From Marsupella aquatica (lineage: Eukaryota; Plantae; Marchantiophyta): 64,000 nucleotides of DNA. The notes under the pieces were generated by a model, which saw only the letters and a program-made list of their open reading frames with translations, was not told where the DNA came from and did not search any database. Where the stretch lies: assembly GCA_973895155.1 (NCBI GenBank), contig OZ316892.1:7485251-7549250 (forward strand). Direction: 5' to 3'. Both the position numbers and the translations under genes were made by a program. Below, piece by piece: positions 18,053-30,178 of this stretch (position 1 is the stretch's first letter; every line of letters starts with the position of its first letter).

Positions 18053-19903
18053 TAAACTTGGAAACCTCCCGTTTTGGAGAGGCATTTATTATTCAACATA
18101 AGCCAATCATGTCATTAGCCGATCACATCATCATCTCGGGCTCTCTGTTGTAAATTCTTTCCTCGTTTTCTTCTTGTATTTCTGAGCCGCAAGTGCTCAA
18201 TAAAGCTATGGAGAACCTTTGGATGACGGAGGCAAAGTTCTCATACCGAAAAAAGTGCACCACTTGTAAAGGGATTTTGTTTTCTCGCAAGCCTCCGTGA
18301 TGGAATTGCCGTCATGTTAAATTGTTTCCTAAGCTGTCTTCTTGTATTTCTGAGCGACGAGCGCTAAATGAAGATCTCGAGCGAATTTTTGGATGACTGA
18401 ACTTGTAGAATGGTTCTTTCTCACAATAAGCCTCCTCCTGAGGGCATTGCCACCATGAGCGAAGTATCTGGTCGTATTCTACTGAATGAATCCAGAGAAG
18501 AGATCTCTAAGAGGCGGTGTTCTCCTTCACGCATTCGACGAAGCTTTTGGTATTGTAATTACGAGGAACTCAACAAATGACCCCTACTTTCTGTTTCAAC
18601 TGACTTTATGTGCTCGTACCCTCTTTGGCATCTTGCAGTCTCATCAGAGCAAAACTAAATTCTTGTAAGTCACTGGGAATCCCATGCTATCTGAATGTCA
18701 ATCACGTTGTCTAGTTTGCCATCCAGGGATGTACAAGGCCCAAGGAGAGAGGCCGATCGGACATCCTGGGAATTATTTGGCTAATTTTCTATAAGCTTAA
18801 CACTTCAGGTGGCCAGCCATATCGAGAGACTTAACTAGTCATCATATCTAACCCTCTGATCATAACTAGATGTCTAGTGAGCTTACTGTGCAACGGAATT
18901 ATGATCTGGGTGTGACAAAAATGTTTTCAAAGCTGGATTTGCGTCGCAGCAGACTTGTGGAACCTCAAAATATAGTCTGGCAACATTAATTGCAGACTAA
19001 ATTTTTTTAACTGTAATATCATATTTGCAATGCCAGTGTTTCTCAACCGCAGCACAATAAACAGTCCACGGTCTGGTAACAGTACGAAATCGTTGATAAC
19101 CACAGACGATTTACGCATTATCGGTGCCCAACTCTTGAGCACGATGACTTGAGCTGAACTTCAAATTTAAAAGCGTTTGAATAAAGACTCTAAGCAATCG
19201 CTCTCAATCAACATGTCTCAAATTAGATATGTTGAGCATATTTCTGTGGATAGTCTGCATAGCGAAGAACTTCAGCAGTTGCAGTAGCTAGCTAGCTTAT
19301 ATATGAAAACGAAAATGAAAATGAAGCAACACCATTGGGACGAGGGTCCGGTCTTCATTGATCCCATAGCATCAAATTAAACGCTGCTGAACATTCTCGA
19401 CCTTGATCTTATACAAAATCGAGTGGAATATATTGTACACGTATGTATGTTATATCTATTGATTACACCAAGTAGGTTATTAGAAGATTTCAACTCAGGT
19501 TGAAAACTAGGATATCTATATGTAAGCTGTTCAACGGTCTTCCTTCAGCCCATCTCCCTCAAGCCAAAAGACACTGACAGTTCTGTGTGCCTCTAAATGG
19601 CCATCTAAGGCAAAGAAATTGCTGTCCTTGGGCGATTCTTGCATGACAACATGGCGGGCTTGTGTAAAATTTCCGTTGTTTACACCTTTCCCTTCTATAC
19701 AACCCCTATGAAACAAAACGCCAACGCCAAGAAAATTTAACTTGCTGTTTCGTACTTGGTGGGCTCGGCAGTCACTGAAGTAACCAATCCAGTGTAAGAA
19801 ACTTTCATGACTGTGATTACCTTTCCTGAAACTTCGTGAATTTCAGAGATTGTCCACATGCTTCAGATAATTCATCTTTAGTCACTTTTGACTGGAAACA
19901 AGT

Positions 19904-22900
19904 TTACTCCGGATCACTGGCAACAGGCTGCACGCCCCTCTCTTTCCTGAAACTGCAACAATGAACAATATGGAAATTAGAGACGTCTCAGCTTGCGGGT
20001 GCTGTGTGACCTGTCTTCACAAATCGTCGTACATAAACTGTCGAGAAAATTCCACGCAAACTAGCAAGTCAAGTCACTGATTCAGTGAGCTCCCATTGTC
20101 AGATGCCAAGAGAAGAAATCACCTTTCTGTCATCTGTTGAGAATGAGGAAGTCCGTCACTCTCCTGTTTGACTGAATGATCTTTCGGTAGAATAAGATTA
20201 AGAGATAGGGCTATCAGCCCACCAATAGAGAAACCATTGGATAACATTATGATAAGGGCATCCCTAAACCCTGCAAGTCCGGAGAAACAACAGTTAAATG
20301 AGTCCTGGAAAAGTTTTAAAACCTTTTTTGATATAGACGGTAAATAAGGGGATTGACTTTGAGTGAGAACGAAGGACGTACCAAGGTATCCAGAACTCCA
20401 GTTTGGATTAATTGGCCAAAAGTTGCCTTGATTGGGGTACGAGTCCTGTCCAGTAATATTGATCCAAGCAGGAACCAAATTCACACCAAGGCCAATGCCT
20501 AGAGCAATGATCACAATAAATCTGTCTCTCCTGCCGAGAGCTCTCCTTGAGGTAAGGACCCCAATTCCAGACACAATGACACTTGCGAACAAGAATGTGG
20601 TCATTGCCCCCAACACACACGCTGGGATGGTAAGAATAATGCCCCCAAACTTGCCAATGACTCCAAGCAACATCAGCCAAAAGCAACATGCATAACCAGC
20701 CCGCCGAGATGCACACCCAGATAGAGAAATGACTCCATTGTTCTGTGCATAGGTGACCACAGGAGTCATTGTTGCCAATGCTGCCCAGAATGAGTTCAGA
20801 CCGTCAGCAAGCACAGCTCCTTGCACTGCAGTATCAAAGGAGGCTCCTGAAAGCAAAGCATTGGAACCAAAAGACAAAAGTTAGAAAACGAAAGAGAATC
20901 ATTAGCTGAAAAATTGGGAGAATAACTGAGACTACAGTGACATGGCAGAACTTGGGGACAAACTTACCGAAAGGTTGAAGTTGGCTAGCTTCAGTTGTTG
21001 CAGTGACATCCCCAATGGCTTCCATGACAGAAACCATGCATGCAAAGAGCATTGGAAGCACTGCAGGTGCGTAGAAGCCGAGGGGGAATGTGTGAACCCA
21101 CAAGAATGTGACCCAGGGAGCTCCAGAGATTTGTTTACTTGTAACATACCTGAAAAAATTATATAATTATCAGTGTTACGACCGTCCATGAGAGATTTCT
21201 GCTAACCCAGAAACAAATCTTATCCCGGAAAACACACTACATACCATCTACCCAATTGTATGTAGTTTGGGATGTCGGATGAGTACGTTCCGCCTTTGTA
21301 CTTATCTGGGAATTTCCCTCCGCCCAAATTAAAGAAAAGAAATTGGATACTCTCCATGGGAATCAAAGTTTACATCAACCCAAATGGCCTAGAGTGACGA
21401 GAAGAGATATACACCTGTACTGCTGAGAAACACCTTGGGTATCATGCCTAGTGACATGCACACTTGCCGCAACCACCATTCCAACAAACAGGCCAATCAC
21501 GATCTGCAATTTAGATCAGTGCAAGATTTCAAAAGGCCTGAAGTATAGGTCGACAAATAATCTCCCGGGTGGGATCTCCACTGTTAAAAGTAACTATGTG
21601 ACGGAATATAATTAAAACAAAAACTTACAGAATACAATGAAAGCAGCGATGCCAACTTCTAGAGGCTTTCGTACCTGTGTATTACGCATGAAAGGTGAGC
21701 CAAACAGTTCCACCAGAATAAGAGTAAAGAAAACAACCAGGCCCAATCCTAGATAAAACTTATGTCCAAAAGGAAGTAGCACATCTCCATTGCCATTGCA
21801 AAGAGCGTGTGAAGTCAGCACCTGGAAAGGCAGCAGGTAGACTGGTTAGTAAAGCGCTTCAACGAGCCATTTTTTTTATATTAGTGACAACCTGAAATTT
21901 AATCATCAACAAGACCGTCATCTCGTAAATCCTTCAGCAGCATGAACAATTATAGCAACTTTGAATAGAATGTTGGGCAAACAGGACCAACAAGTTTATG
22001 GGAAGACTTTTGAACTACTAATGAAACTAACTGCCAACAGACGCAAATGGATATTGCTGTTCTGAGACTTCAAGAAATAAATCTCAACATGTAGTAGATC
22101 CAAAAGTATTTTTGCAGCGGGATATTGCTGTTCTGAGACTTCAAAAAATAACTTTCTCATGTAGTAGATCCAAAAGTATTTGTTCAGCGGGAGGCATTCG
22201 AACAACATTGACATTGTCCTGGTTACTCCCCTCTGGTAGATTTCAATCTTACAAAGATTCACAAGCAGCAGAGCGATGATTACCTGACTCGCACAGTAAG
22301 TACCCCCGCCCCACTGTTCAATTCCGGTAGTGATTAATGCCACACCAATAAGAATAACTGTTGGGCCAGTTACCACTGGTGGAAAAATCTTCTCCAAGTA
22401 TCTTGGGGGGCAAAATGACAGAGCGACTTGAAACCAGGAGGTCACAAGTATCTGAACCCACAACAGATACAGTGGTCAATGGTCTGCACGATTCAACACG
22501 CTCCTCCAATCTACTCGATTTGAACCAAACTAGAATGAACTCTATTAGGGTTTCAAAGAAAATTCAACGCTAAAATCTAATCCGTTTACTTTGATGGCCT
22601 CAGGAACGCTCATATTTATGATGTGACACCATCAAAAGCCGTAAATTCAGGAAGTGCTATTGGTATTGAACCCCTCCGCGAAAAACAAAGATTAATATAT
22701 TAAAACGCTCATTCGTATCAGATTTGTTTTTCAAAAATGGGTTAAATTCAGAACGGGCACGGGAGAAAGGCGACCCCAAGTCACAAAAATGTCGTCAGAC
22801 TTCTTCAAGAAAGGTAGACAACTCTTGATGATTAAGGTAAGTAGCTTACAGTGCCAAGGACATGCCCGTATGCCGTCTGTCCCTTCAAGCAACTCCCCAC

Positions 22901-25200
22901 AAGTGCCACTGGACATGCGTCACATGACAATTCCTGTGTCGATCCTGCAAGACCAGTGCTGCAAGGGACTCCATTGCAAGTACAGGCACGCAGCGTCTGT
23001 ATGACCTGTTGGGCTATAGGACCATAAAAATAAAACTTCAGTGATCTTCATCTTTGATTGCAATCATCCAGGCAGCTCTCATCTCAGACCCGAGTAGGCC
23101 AACATATCAAAACATGAAATCAGCAGCTGACAAAGATGCTGATTATAACTGTCGCGTCATTCATATACTTCGTGTTTGGATTTGCCGGCGGATGTACAAC
23201 TTACCGACAGGTAGGTAGGCAAACGTGACTCCCATCACGGATAGCAACCCTGAGCCTGGAGTGATCAATGAACCCCAGTTAGCTTACAGAATAAAAGACA
23301 TAACTATCATTCAATACGGCTCGACAGACGGAGTGTATAGAGATGAGTAACTTGTACACCTGAGTGCACAAGAGTTGAAAACTTACCGATAACATACCGA
23401 GTAAACGGTATCTTAAATTGCGTCACTTGAATAAACGATGCAATAGATGATACAATCAAAGCGGCTGACACCAAATCTGCAAAGAACAACCTTCAATATC
23501 AGCACAGCTCTTGTCGGCGCAGAAGACTCAAAAAGTCGCGCTCAATTTTATATCCAATGATGATGATTAGAGATATTCCAGAATGTTCCTTCCTTGAAGC
23601 ATTCACTCTGTTCCCTTGACAACTGCTTCAACCAAAAGCCCTGGTTGCCACTACGCTACTTGACGTAATTTCAGGGAGAGAACAAGGCATCCTGCCAGCT
23701 AGGAGATGAAATGCGTGTGCAACTTACACTCCGTTTCTTTAGTGGTGAAGTCCCCATACGCTGCACCAGCTAAAATAATCGGCGGTGTGATGATGCCTCC
23801 GACCTTTAAGACATCAAACACGAGACCAATTTCCTTTCAGAGAACTTCCAACCGAAGGTCTAGTTTATATAAGGTGAAGCCAAGCACGTTTAGAACATAT
23901 AATGACGTTCAGAATTTGGGAAAGAGTATATGACGACTGGATTCAAACATCCACAGTCAAATGAGGCCAAGACTTCATGTAATAGCTAAAGCACAAATGG
24001 TGGTTACTGGCGGCGTCCACTTTTCTTTCTTCAAAACCGCCTCCAGATCAATCTACCCAAAAGCTGAAGACAAACTTAGAGAAATTGAACAGAAGGTTGG
24101 ACAGACAGTACGAATCAGTAATTGATCCACGAGTAATCTGGATATACAGATGAACGCATGCTCAGCATGCCGTTGTGAGCAAGCAGCACTAGAGAAAAAC
24201 ACTGAATAACAAATGGAGTCAAATCGCAAACAAACGACCCGAACAAAATACCACTACTCAAAGGAAGACACCAAAACCAGGACAAAAAGCATAGAACGGG
24301 TAGACATATTTCTCATAATTGGCGACTGGGACTCTGAATTGACTTTCTGGACTAAGACTAAGCTTCCTCATCCTCACGGCCATGCACGTGAAATAGTTCC
24401 AGCTACACCTGACCATAGGGCCCTCACCAGCCCAAAACATCGGATTGAAAGTGCGTGTTTCTATGTTGTCAGCACGGTACCGAGGTGGAGGGTCAATTAG
24501 AAATACTTTAATTGCATCTCACATACGCATTAGAGTAGCGTAATTGGGTACTAGGAGCAAACACAGCGCATCACGCGTAGAGAGGCAACCGAACTGTTGC
24601 CTAAGATGCCACAGACTGTGATATTAAAGATCCTCAAACACAATTATCTGCAATGAAATCCCATCCAGCTCCCGAACTAGAAGAGAACGCTTGCCTACTG
24701 AATTGTGCAATGATCTCAAAGGCCGAGTGTGAGGGAGCCAAAGAATTAACATGGAAGTCCAGTGGGTCACATGGACTAACTAAGAAATAGCGGTAAGTAT
24801 TTAGACGAGGGTGATGGGCATTAACTAAAGAAAGTCAAATGATGGGCATTTCACTTCTTTGGGAAAATGCCTGCTGCCAGTTTTGGCCCCATGGCCCAAT
24901 TTATACTTCGTTCACGCAAAATTTTGTTCTCTTCAAGACACCGCTCACAAATTTGCCTATAAGAAACTTCAGATCATGTAACAATTGTGGAACAGGGGAG
25001 GGACAAAAAATTAAGACATGTTTTGGGACTACCATGGATAAAGCATGCTGCAGACCCATGACTAGAGCCAGAACGACGGAAATCTTCTCGTCTTTCCCAT
25101 AGAAAGGCGGGGCAGTCCTCTTCTTGCTCCATGGAAGCTGAAGAGAACAGAGAGTTCCCCAATTGTAGTTCCCTATAAGAGTCTCCTTGATTTTCCCCAT
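19904..25200 (-). CDS. Nucleobase:cation symporter-2 (NAT/NCS2) uric acid/xanthine permease, UapA-like, multi-exon
   Basis: Exon 1 (25200-25033) reads MGKIKETLIGNYNWGTLC..PPFYG..GLQHALSM. Later motifs: VGGIITPP, YLVSAALIVS, GSGLLSVMGVTF, FPPVVTGPTV, FGSPFMRN, MEAIGDVTAT, VLADG and the NAT signature YAQNNGVISLSGCASRRAG. The 3' end is either the stop at 20119 or, via a GT-AG intron, a last exon FRKERGVQPVASDPE* ending at 19904. Confidence 0.92.
22050..22191. repeat. ~71 bp tandem duplication in a transporter intron
   Basis: gatattgctgttctgagacttcaa...catgtagtagatccaaaagtattt..cagcgg occurs twice. Confidence 0.85.
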
Positions 25201-26728
25201 TACTCTGCCCCTGCTGCCAATGCTCCACCCTGTTCGTTCCTCACACCACCCAAAATCAAATTCAGCCCAATGTTGGCTTTGACTTCATCGACAAATATAT
25301 CTTGGAAGTGAGACGCCCACTGCCTCCCTTCCTCTATATGAAGTTTGGCCTCTGTTACTGTGTCGGCCTCTCCATCTGATGTTCGAGACCAATTTTAATG
25401 ATTTACAGGAAAGCAGATACGAATCCTCAAAGCGGTGAAAAGAGGACTGCTCGGTGTTGTGATTGGAGTTGACCTTATACAGCCAAGTGTAGCCAAATCT
25501 CCCAAATGCTAGGAACGGTCATGACGGGAGATTCTTCGCCAAAGGGGCCCACGAACTATCTACAGTGGGCTCTCAAGCGAATCTATGGCTGGATTGGAAG
25601 ATCAAATTAATAAGCATTGCATCGGTGGAAAGAACCAACGAGCATCCCGGCGTCTACATCGCTCTCTGTCTAACTTTGTTAATTGGTTCTCATCACTAGC
25701 CTCTATCTGAGAGCCACATCCAAGCCTTTATTTCTTCGACCTGGCCTGCAGACATTAGTTCTTAAATGTCTGCCACTCTCCCAGAAGTTGGGGAAGCATA
25801 AAATTGTCACTTGTCAGTCAATTTTAACTTTGTTCTTAATGTAAGAATAGTATTGCGGATCCACCGTGACCAATGGAGTCCCATAGTATCATTACTTTCA
25901 CACAGTATCATTAATGTTGCCTCAACATAAGGGAGACGTGTAAATCTCATGAAAAGACAAAATAATTTGTGCAGTTTTTTTTAAATATATAAATCTATAC
26001 TAGAGGGTAAATTGTTTGGGCAACCCCTCCTATTCTAGTTCTAAGCGTCGTTCCTGGTTAGTGTAGTATGGATTAAAAAATAAAGAAAAGAAGTGCTCTC
26101 CTCCCACGAAGGCTGCTCTATATAAACTCTCTCGTCATCATGGATACTGATTCTACATTTATGGACTTGTTCTTTGTTTCTACCTGAATGCCATTTCCAG
26201 GAGATTGATGTGAATTTTGTTTCTTCCCACTTGCTATTACTAGAAGAATCGTGATAAAAAAGTATTACTTGCCAAACAGGGGTACCCCACACTCCAAAGC
26301 AATAACAAACTGGCGTTAAAGTTAATTTGTTTTCAATGAAGTAAACTGTTCTACTACCTTTTATTCTCCTTTACAATTCTGCAAGTTATATTTCTCATTG
26401 TTTCATAATAATAGGCCCCATATGTCACCCCTAAGGACAGCTTAACTAGCTTTGAGCTATGGCAAGTTAAATCCACGAGACAACTTTTATCAGTGTTTGC
26501 AAATGTGAAAGTTTTTCTGCTCATTTACTCACAAAGGATAGGCCCCATGTGTCACTATTAAATGACAAGTTCAATTTGACTGAAACACCAAGTCTTGCAA
26601 CACATTCAAGCAAGGAATCTTTTCAGCGTTGGGAATTTGGGCTTCGTGAATGGAAGCTTGGATAAAATTCATTATTTAAGTCAATCTTTGACTCAAGAAG
26701 AGGGCCCACTTGGCTGGAGATTTTCAAC

Positions 26729-27440
26729 GATAGTCAGATCTCAGAACAGGGTTTATGAAAGGAATCTGGGCAAGGGATGTGCAGGACACCAAACGGATGG
26801 GCATGGATCTGACCAAAAAGGAGATTTTCTTGATCGTCGGATTGCTTGGACAGGGTTTATGAAAGGAATCTGGGCATGGGCCGTGCAGCCCAATCGGATG
26901 GGCATGGGCTGTGCAGCCTAATCGGATGGGCATGGATCTGACCCAAAAGTAGATTTTCATGATCGTCAGATTTCCGGAAGAGGGTTTAAGGAAAGGAATT
27001 TGGGCATTGGCTGTGCAGGATGGGGCATGGTTCTCACCAGAAAGTATATTTTCATGATTGTCAGATCTCCGCAACAGAAACAAATCACCATAGTTTTTAT
27101 ACCCAGGGAAAAAAAAACCAAGTACAATGAAAGGCAAGAAAAAGTGGTCCAATGAGAAAGAGGTCCAAAGAGGACAAAAACCAAACGAAGAAAAAGAAAG
27201 CAAATGCAAATCTAAAAAATTGAAGAAAATAAAGGGAAGGGAGTCAATCAGTGCATGAGTGAGAACTCAGCAACTAGTGTCCATATTGAAAAATATGACA
27301 AGAGCTAATGGGCCACATCTAATGATCTCCTCAACAGGGTTTATGAAAAAGGATTTGGGCAATTTAGGCATGCGTTGTGCAGGATGAGTATGGGATGGGC
27401 ATGGATGGCAGGGGCGTTTGGGCATGCTGATCAGATAATG
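26729..27440. repeat. Degenerate ~100-130 bp tandem repeats (probable TE subterminal region)
   Basis: The unit gat.gtcagat...cagggtttatgaaaggaatctgggca...ggatgggcatggatctgacc.aaa..agattttc starts at about 26729, 26832 and 26961, with a further partial copy near 27323. Confidence 0.75.
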
Positions 27441-30122
27441 TGTTGGGGTGAATTGGTGGTGGATGAGGGTAGGACAGTCCTGGGGGCAGATCTTCCCAGA
27501 CACACAAGGTCTAAGGTTCAACTCGCATGTGAAATGTCTTTCAAAAAATGTCCCTTAACTTGAGTAGTGTGAGGATGTAAGTGAATGAGGCATTTCTGGC
27601 GTACCCCCTCATGCCCAGGCCTGACGGCATATTTTGTGGGATCCCAAGGGCAGGGACCAGAAAGCTTCTGGCCCTTGCAGGTCTCCACCTTTGCCTTGTG
27701 GGAAAAACAATAAAAAAACTATACACTTGTTATAAACTCTCTCGTAGTTGGGAAGTACAGACCAAGATTTATGTCAAATTGTCTGATCATAGAAATGTTA
27801 CATTTTCCCAAAAGTATCTGGAGCACAAAGAGCAGCATGATCATGGTGGTGAAGAATTTGTTTCTTGTTGGGACATTAGCCCATCCCTCTAGTGCTGTGT
27901 TAGCAAATTCAGCACCCCCCCCCCCCCCCCTTTCCCCTGAGCTGCACTTGCTTCTTTTGAGTTTGTCCTCTTTAGACTTCTTTTGTTTGCTCTTTATTGT
28001 ACTTTATTTCTGGCCCTTTCCGTGTATATATTTTTCCTGCTTCTTCTTTTGCTAGAAAGGAAGAAAAATTCAAGCTTAGGCATGCACTGATGGTCAGCAT
28101 CCAAACGTAGACAGCCCATTCATGTGGACGACATTCACACCAAGGAGTTTTTTTTTCCCATTGACTTGGCTGCCACTTTTCTTGCACAGCACTCACAAGG
28201 CCACAGAAGGAAAAAGCTTCTTGTTGAGGGGGTGGAGAAATTATGGGGGTGATGCTGTGCAACACCGACCATTAGGCAAGTATCTGAAAATATTGGGGTA
28301 TTCTACCATAGCTAGCTAGACACAAGCAGCCAAAAACTTACCTGGAAAAAGGGCTGGCGAACAGCTACACTGGGAGAAATTTGTCAAACCATTAATTGGC
28401 CACAATCAAATCCACCGCGGAGGAAGGTTCGCTAGAAAGTACTGTACATTCAACTGACCGTACTATACAATTGAAAATCCTTACTGTACAACTAGGCTTT
28501 ATGTGTCCATACTGTAGAGATTATGCCCTGGAGCTTTTGTTTAGGGTGCACTACAGTGTGCTGCAACAAGTGGGGGCAACTTGACAGCTCTTTCCGTTAA
28601 ATTAAAAAGGACCCTATTAAAAAGCATTTTTAACGCAGTCTCTCGTTCAAAGTAGCCCAATCACAAATCATCTCCAGATTACAAGTCCCAAATCTGGAAC
28701 TCAAGGAAACAGGACACTATACAGAATCTAAAGTTGACTCAAGAATCTAGCGCTACATATCCATAGGTACTAGGCCCGTACGACCTTAATTTTTGAGGTT
28801 GTTCGTTTTTCACCAGTGTTGCTAACAGGCCCAACCACCTTATTTTTTAAAGATTTTTACCTTCGTCGTTAGCGTGGCTAAAGTCATTCTTTTCTTTATC
28901 AAATTCATGCTTAAGAACTGGTGAAGGAGAAGATGCTTAGAGCCTTTTCTCTCTATTTTTTTTAATTAATTATTTGTCATTGGACCTCTCTAGATTTAAG
29001 GATAACCATTATGTTTTGATTAAATGAGGTTTATGGCCAGGTGTGAAACTGGCTAATGGAAGGCCCCAGCCAGCTTAATTTTTAAGGCGTTTTTCTTGCC
29101 AGAGTGGCTATTGTCACCATGTGTGAAAACAAAGAACAACCTTTCTGTAATGTTCCTAGATTAAGTCCTCACTGTCAGATCTCCCTACATTTCAGGATGA
29201 CCGTTAGATTCTGGCTTATGTGGCTAGATGGAAAGTGGTTTAAGGGAACAGTGGCCCATACGTTTTAGAGAGTTGAAATCTAGCGAATGTTAGCCACTAA
29301 GCAAAAAGCTGGCCCCAATAGCCTCCTCGATCAACACTCATTGCAATGGCCTAAAAAGTTGGATAGCCACCCTTCTGCGTGGAAAACGCTGGAAAACATT
29401 AAAGAAGTCTACGATGAGGAAAGATTGGCTTTAGGTACTAGCTGTGCCATGTAAACACTCATCATCACCAGTGGAGTTAAATTCGAGCTCATGCTCGAGA
29501 TCTCTGTCCCTCGCGTCTCATTGATCAAACGACCCAACGGATAATTCGCAACCTGTTGTGAGAGAATGAAGAGCCATCCATAGCTTTTTATGCCATGAAA
29601 GCTCAATGTATGCAAAAAACCCACAATTCGAAGAGAAAAAAAATAGTGACGGGGCGATACCACAACCACATGCGAAGATAATAAACCCCAGCAGTACAAA
29701 GAAGGAAGAGACAAGGTTGCTCTAAAAGTTGCCAGCTCTCGTAATGGTTGCTGGGAGAGAGAGGGAACCTTTGACAGGGTGAACGTTCCATGGACTGCCT
29801 TTTGTGCTCAAGCAATGATTGCCTTGGAAAAAAGGTGTCTATGCAAGGTCAAGCCGTCCTAGGGAGAGCACGGTACCAAATAAACCCTGGGGACTCTCAT
29901 TCCCAAGAGCCTTTTTGGGGGAGAATAATGTGTGAAACTAAGTTTACCCCTGAGGGTAATCACACATCAAAATGTCATGCACACTCATTGATTTAAAGAA
30001 ATTAACTACAGTAGACCCCCACAATGTCTTAAATTAGAATTGAAGAGTGACTCAAGATTCAGGTTGAGGGCTAATATTGATGCTCATTAATGAGCCTCGT
30101 GCACTAGTTGGACCTATACCCT

Positions 30123-30123
<1 letters not shown>

Positions 30124-30176
<53 letters not shown>
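30124..30176. repeat. (CT)n microsatellite, about 26 units
   Basis: Perfect CT dinucleotide run. Confidence 0.97.

Positions 30177-30178
<2 letters not shown>

Noticed and set aside
26595-27563. Overlapping ORFs with repeated peptides
   Set aside because: They simply mirror the DNA tandem repeat and are open on both strands, with no splice or domain support.
29560-29900. Possible LINE remnant
   Set aside because: I could not recover convincing RT, endonuclease or Zn-knuckle motifs by hand.
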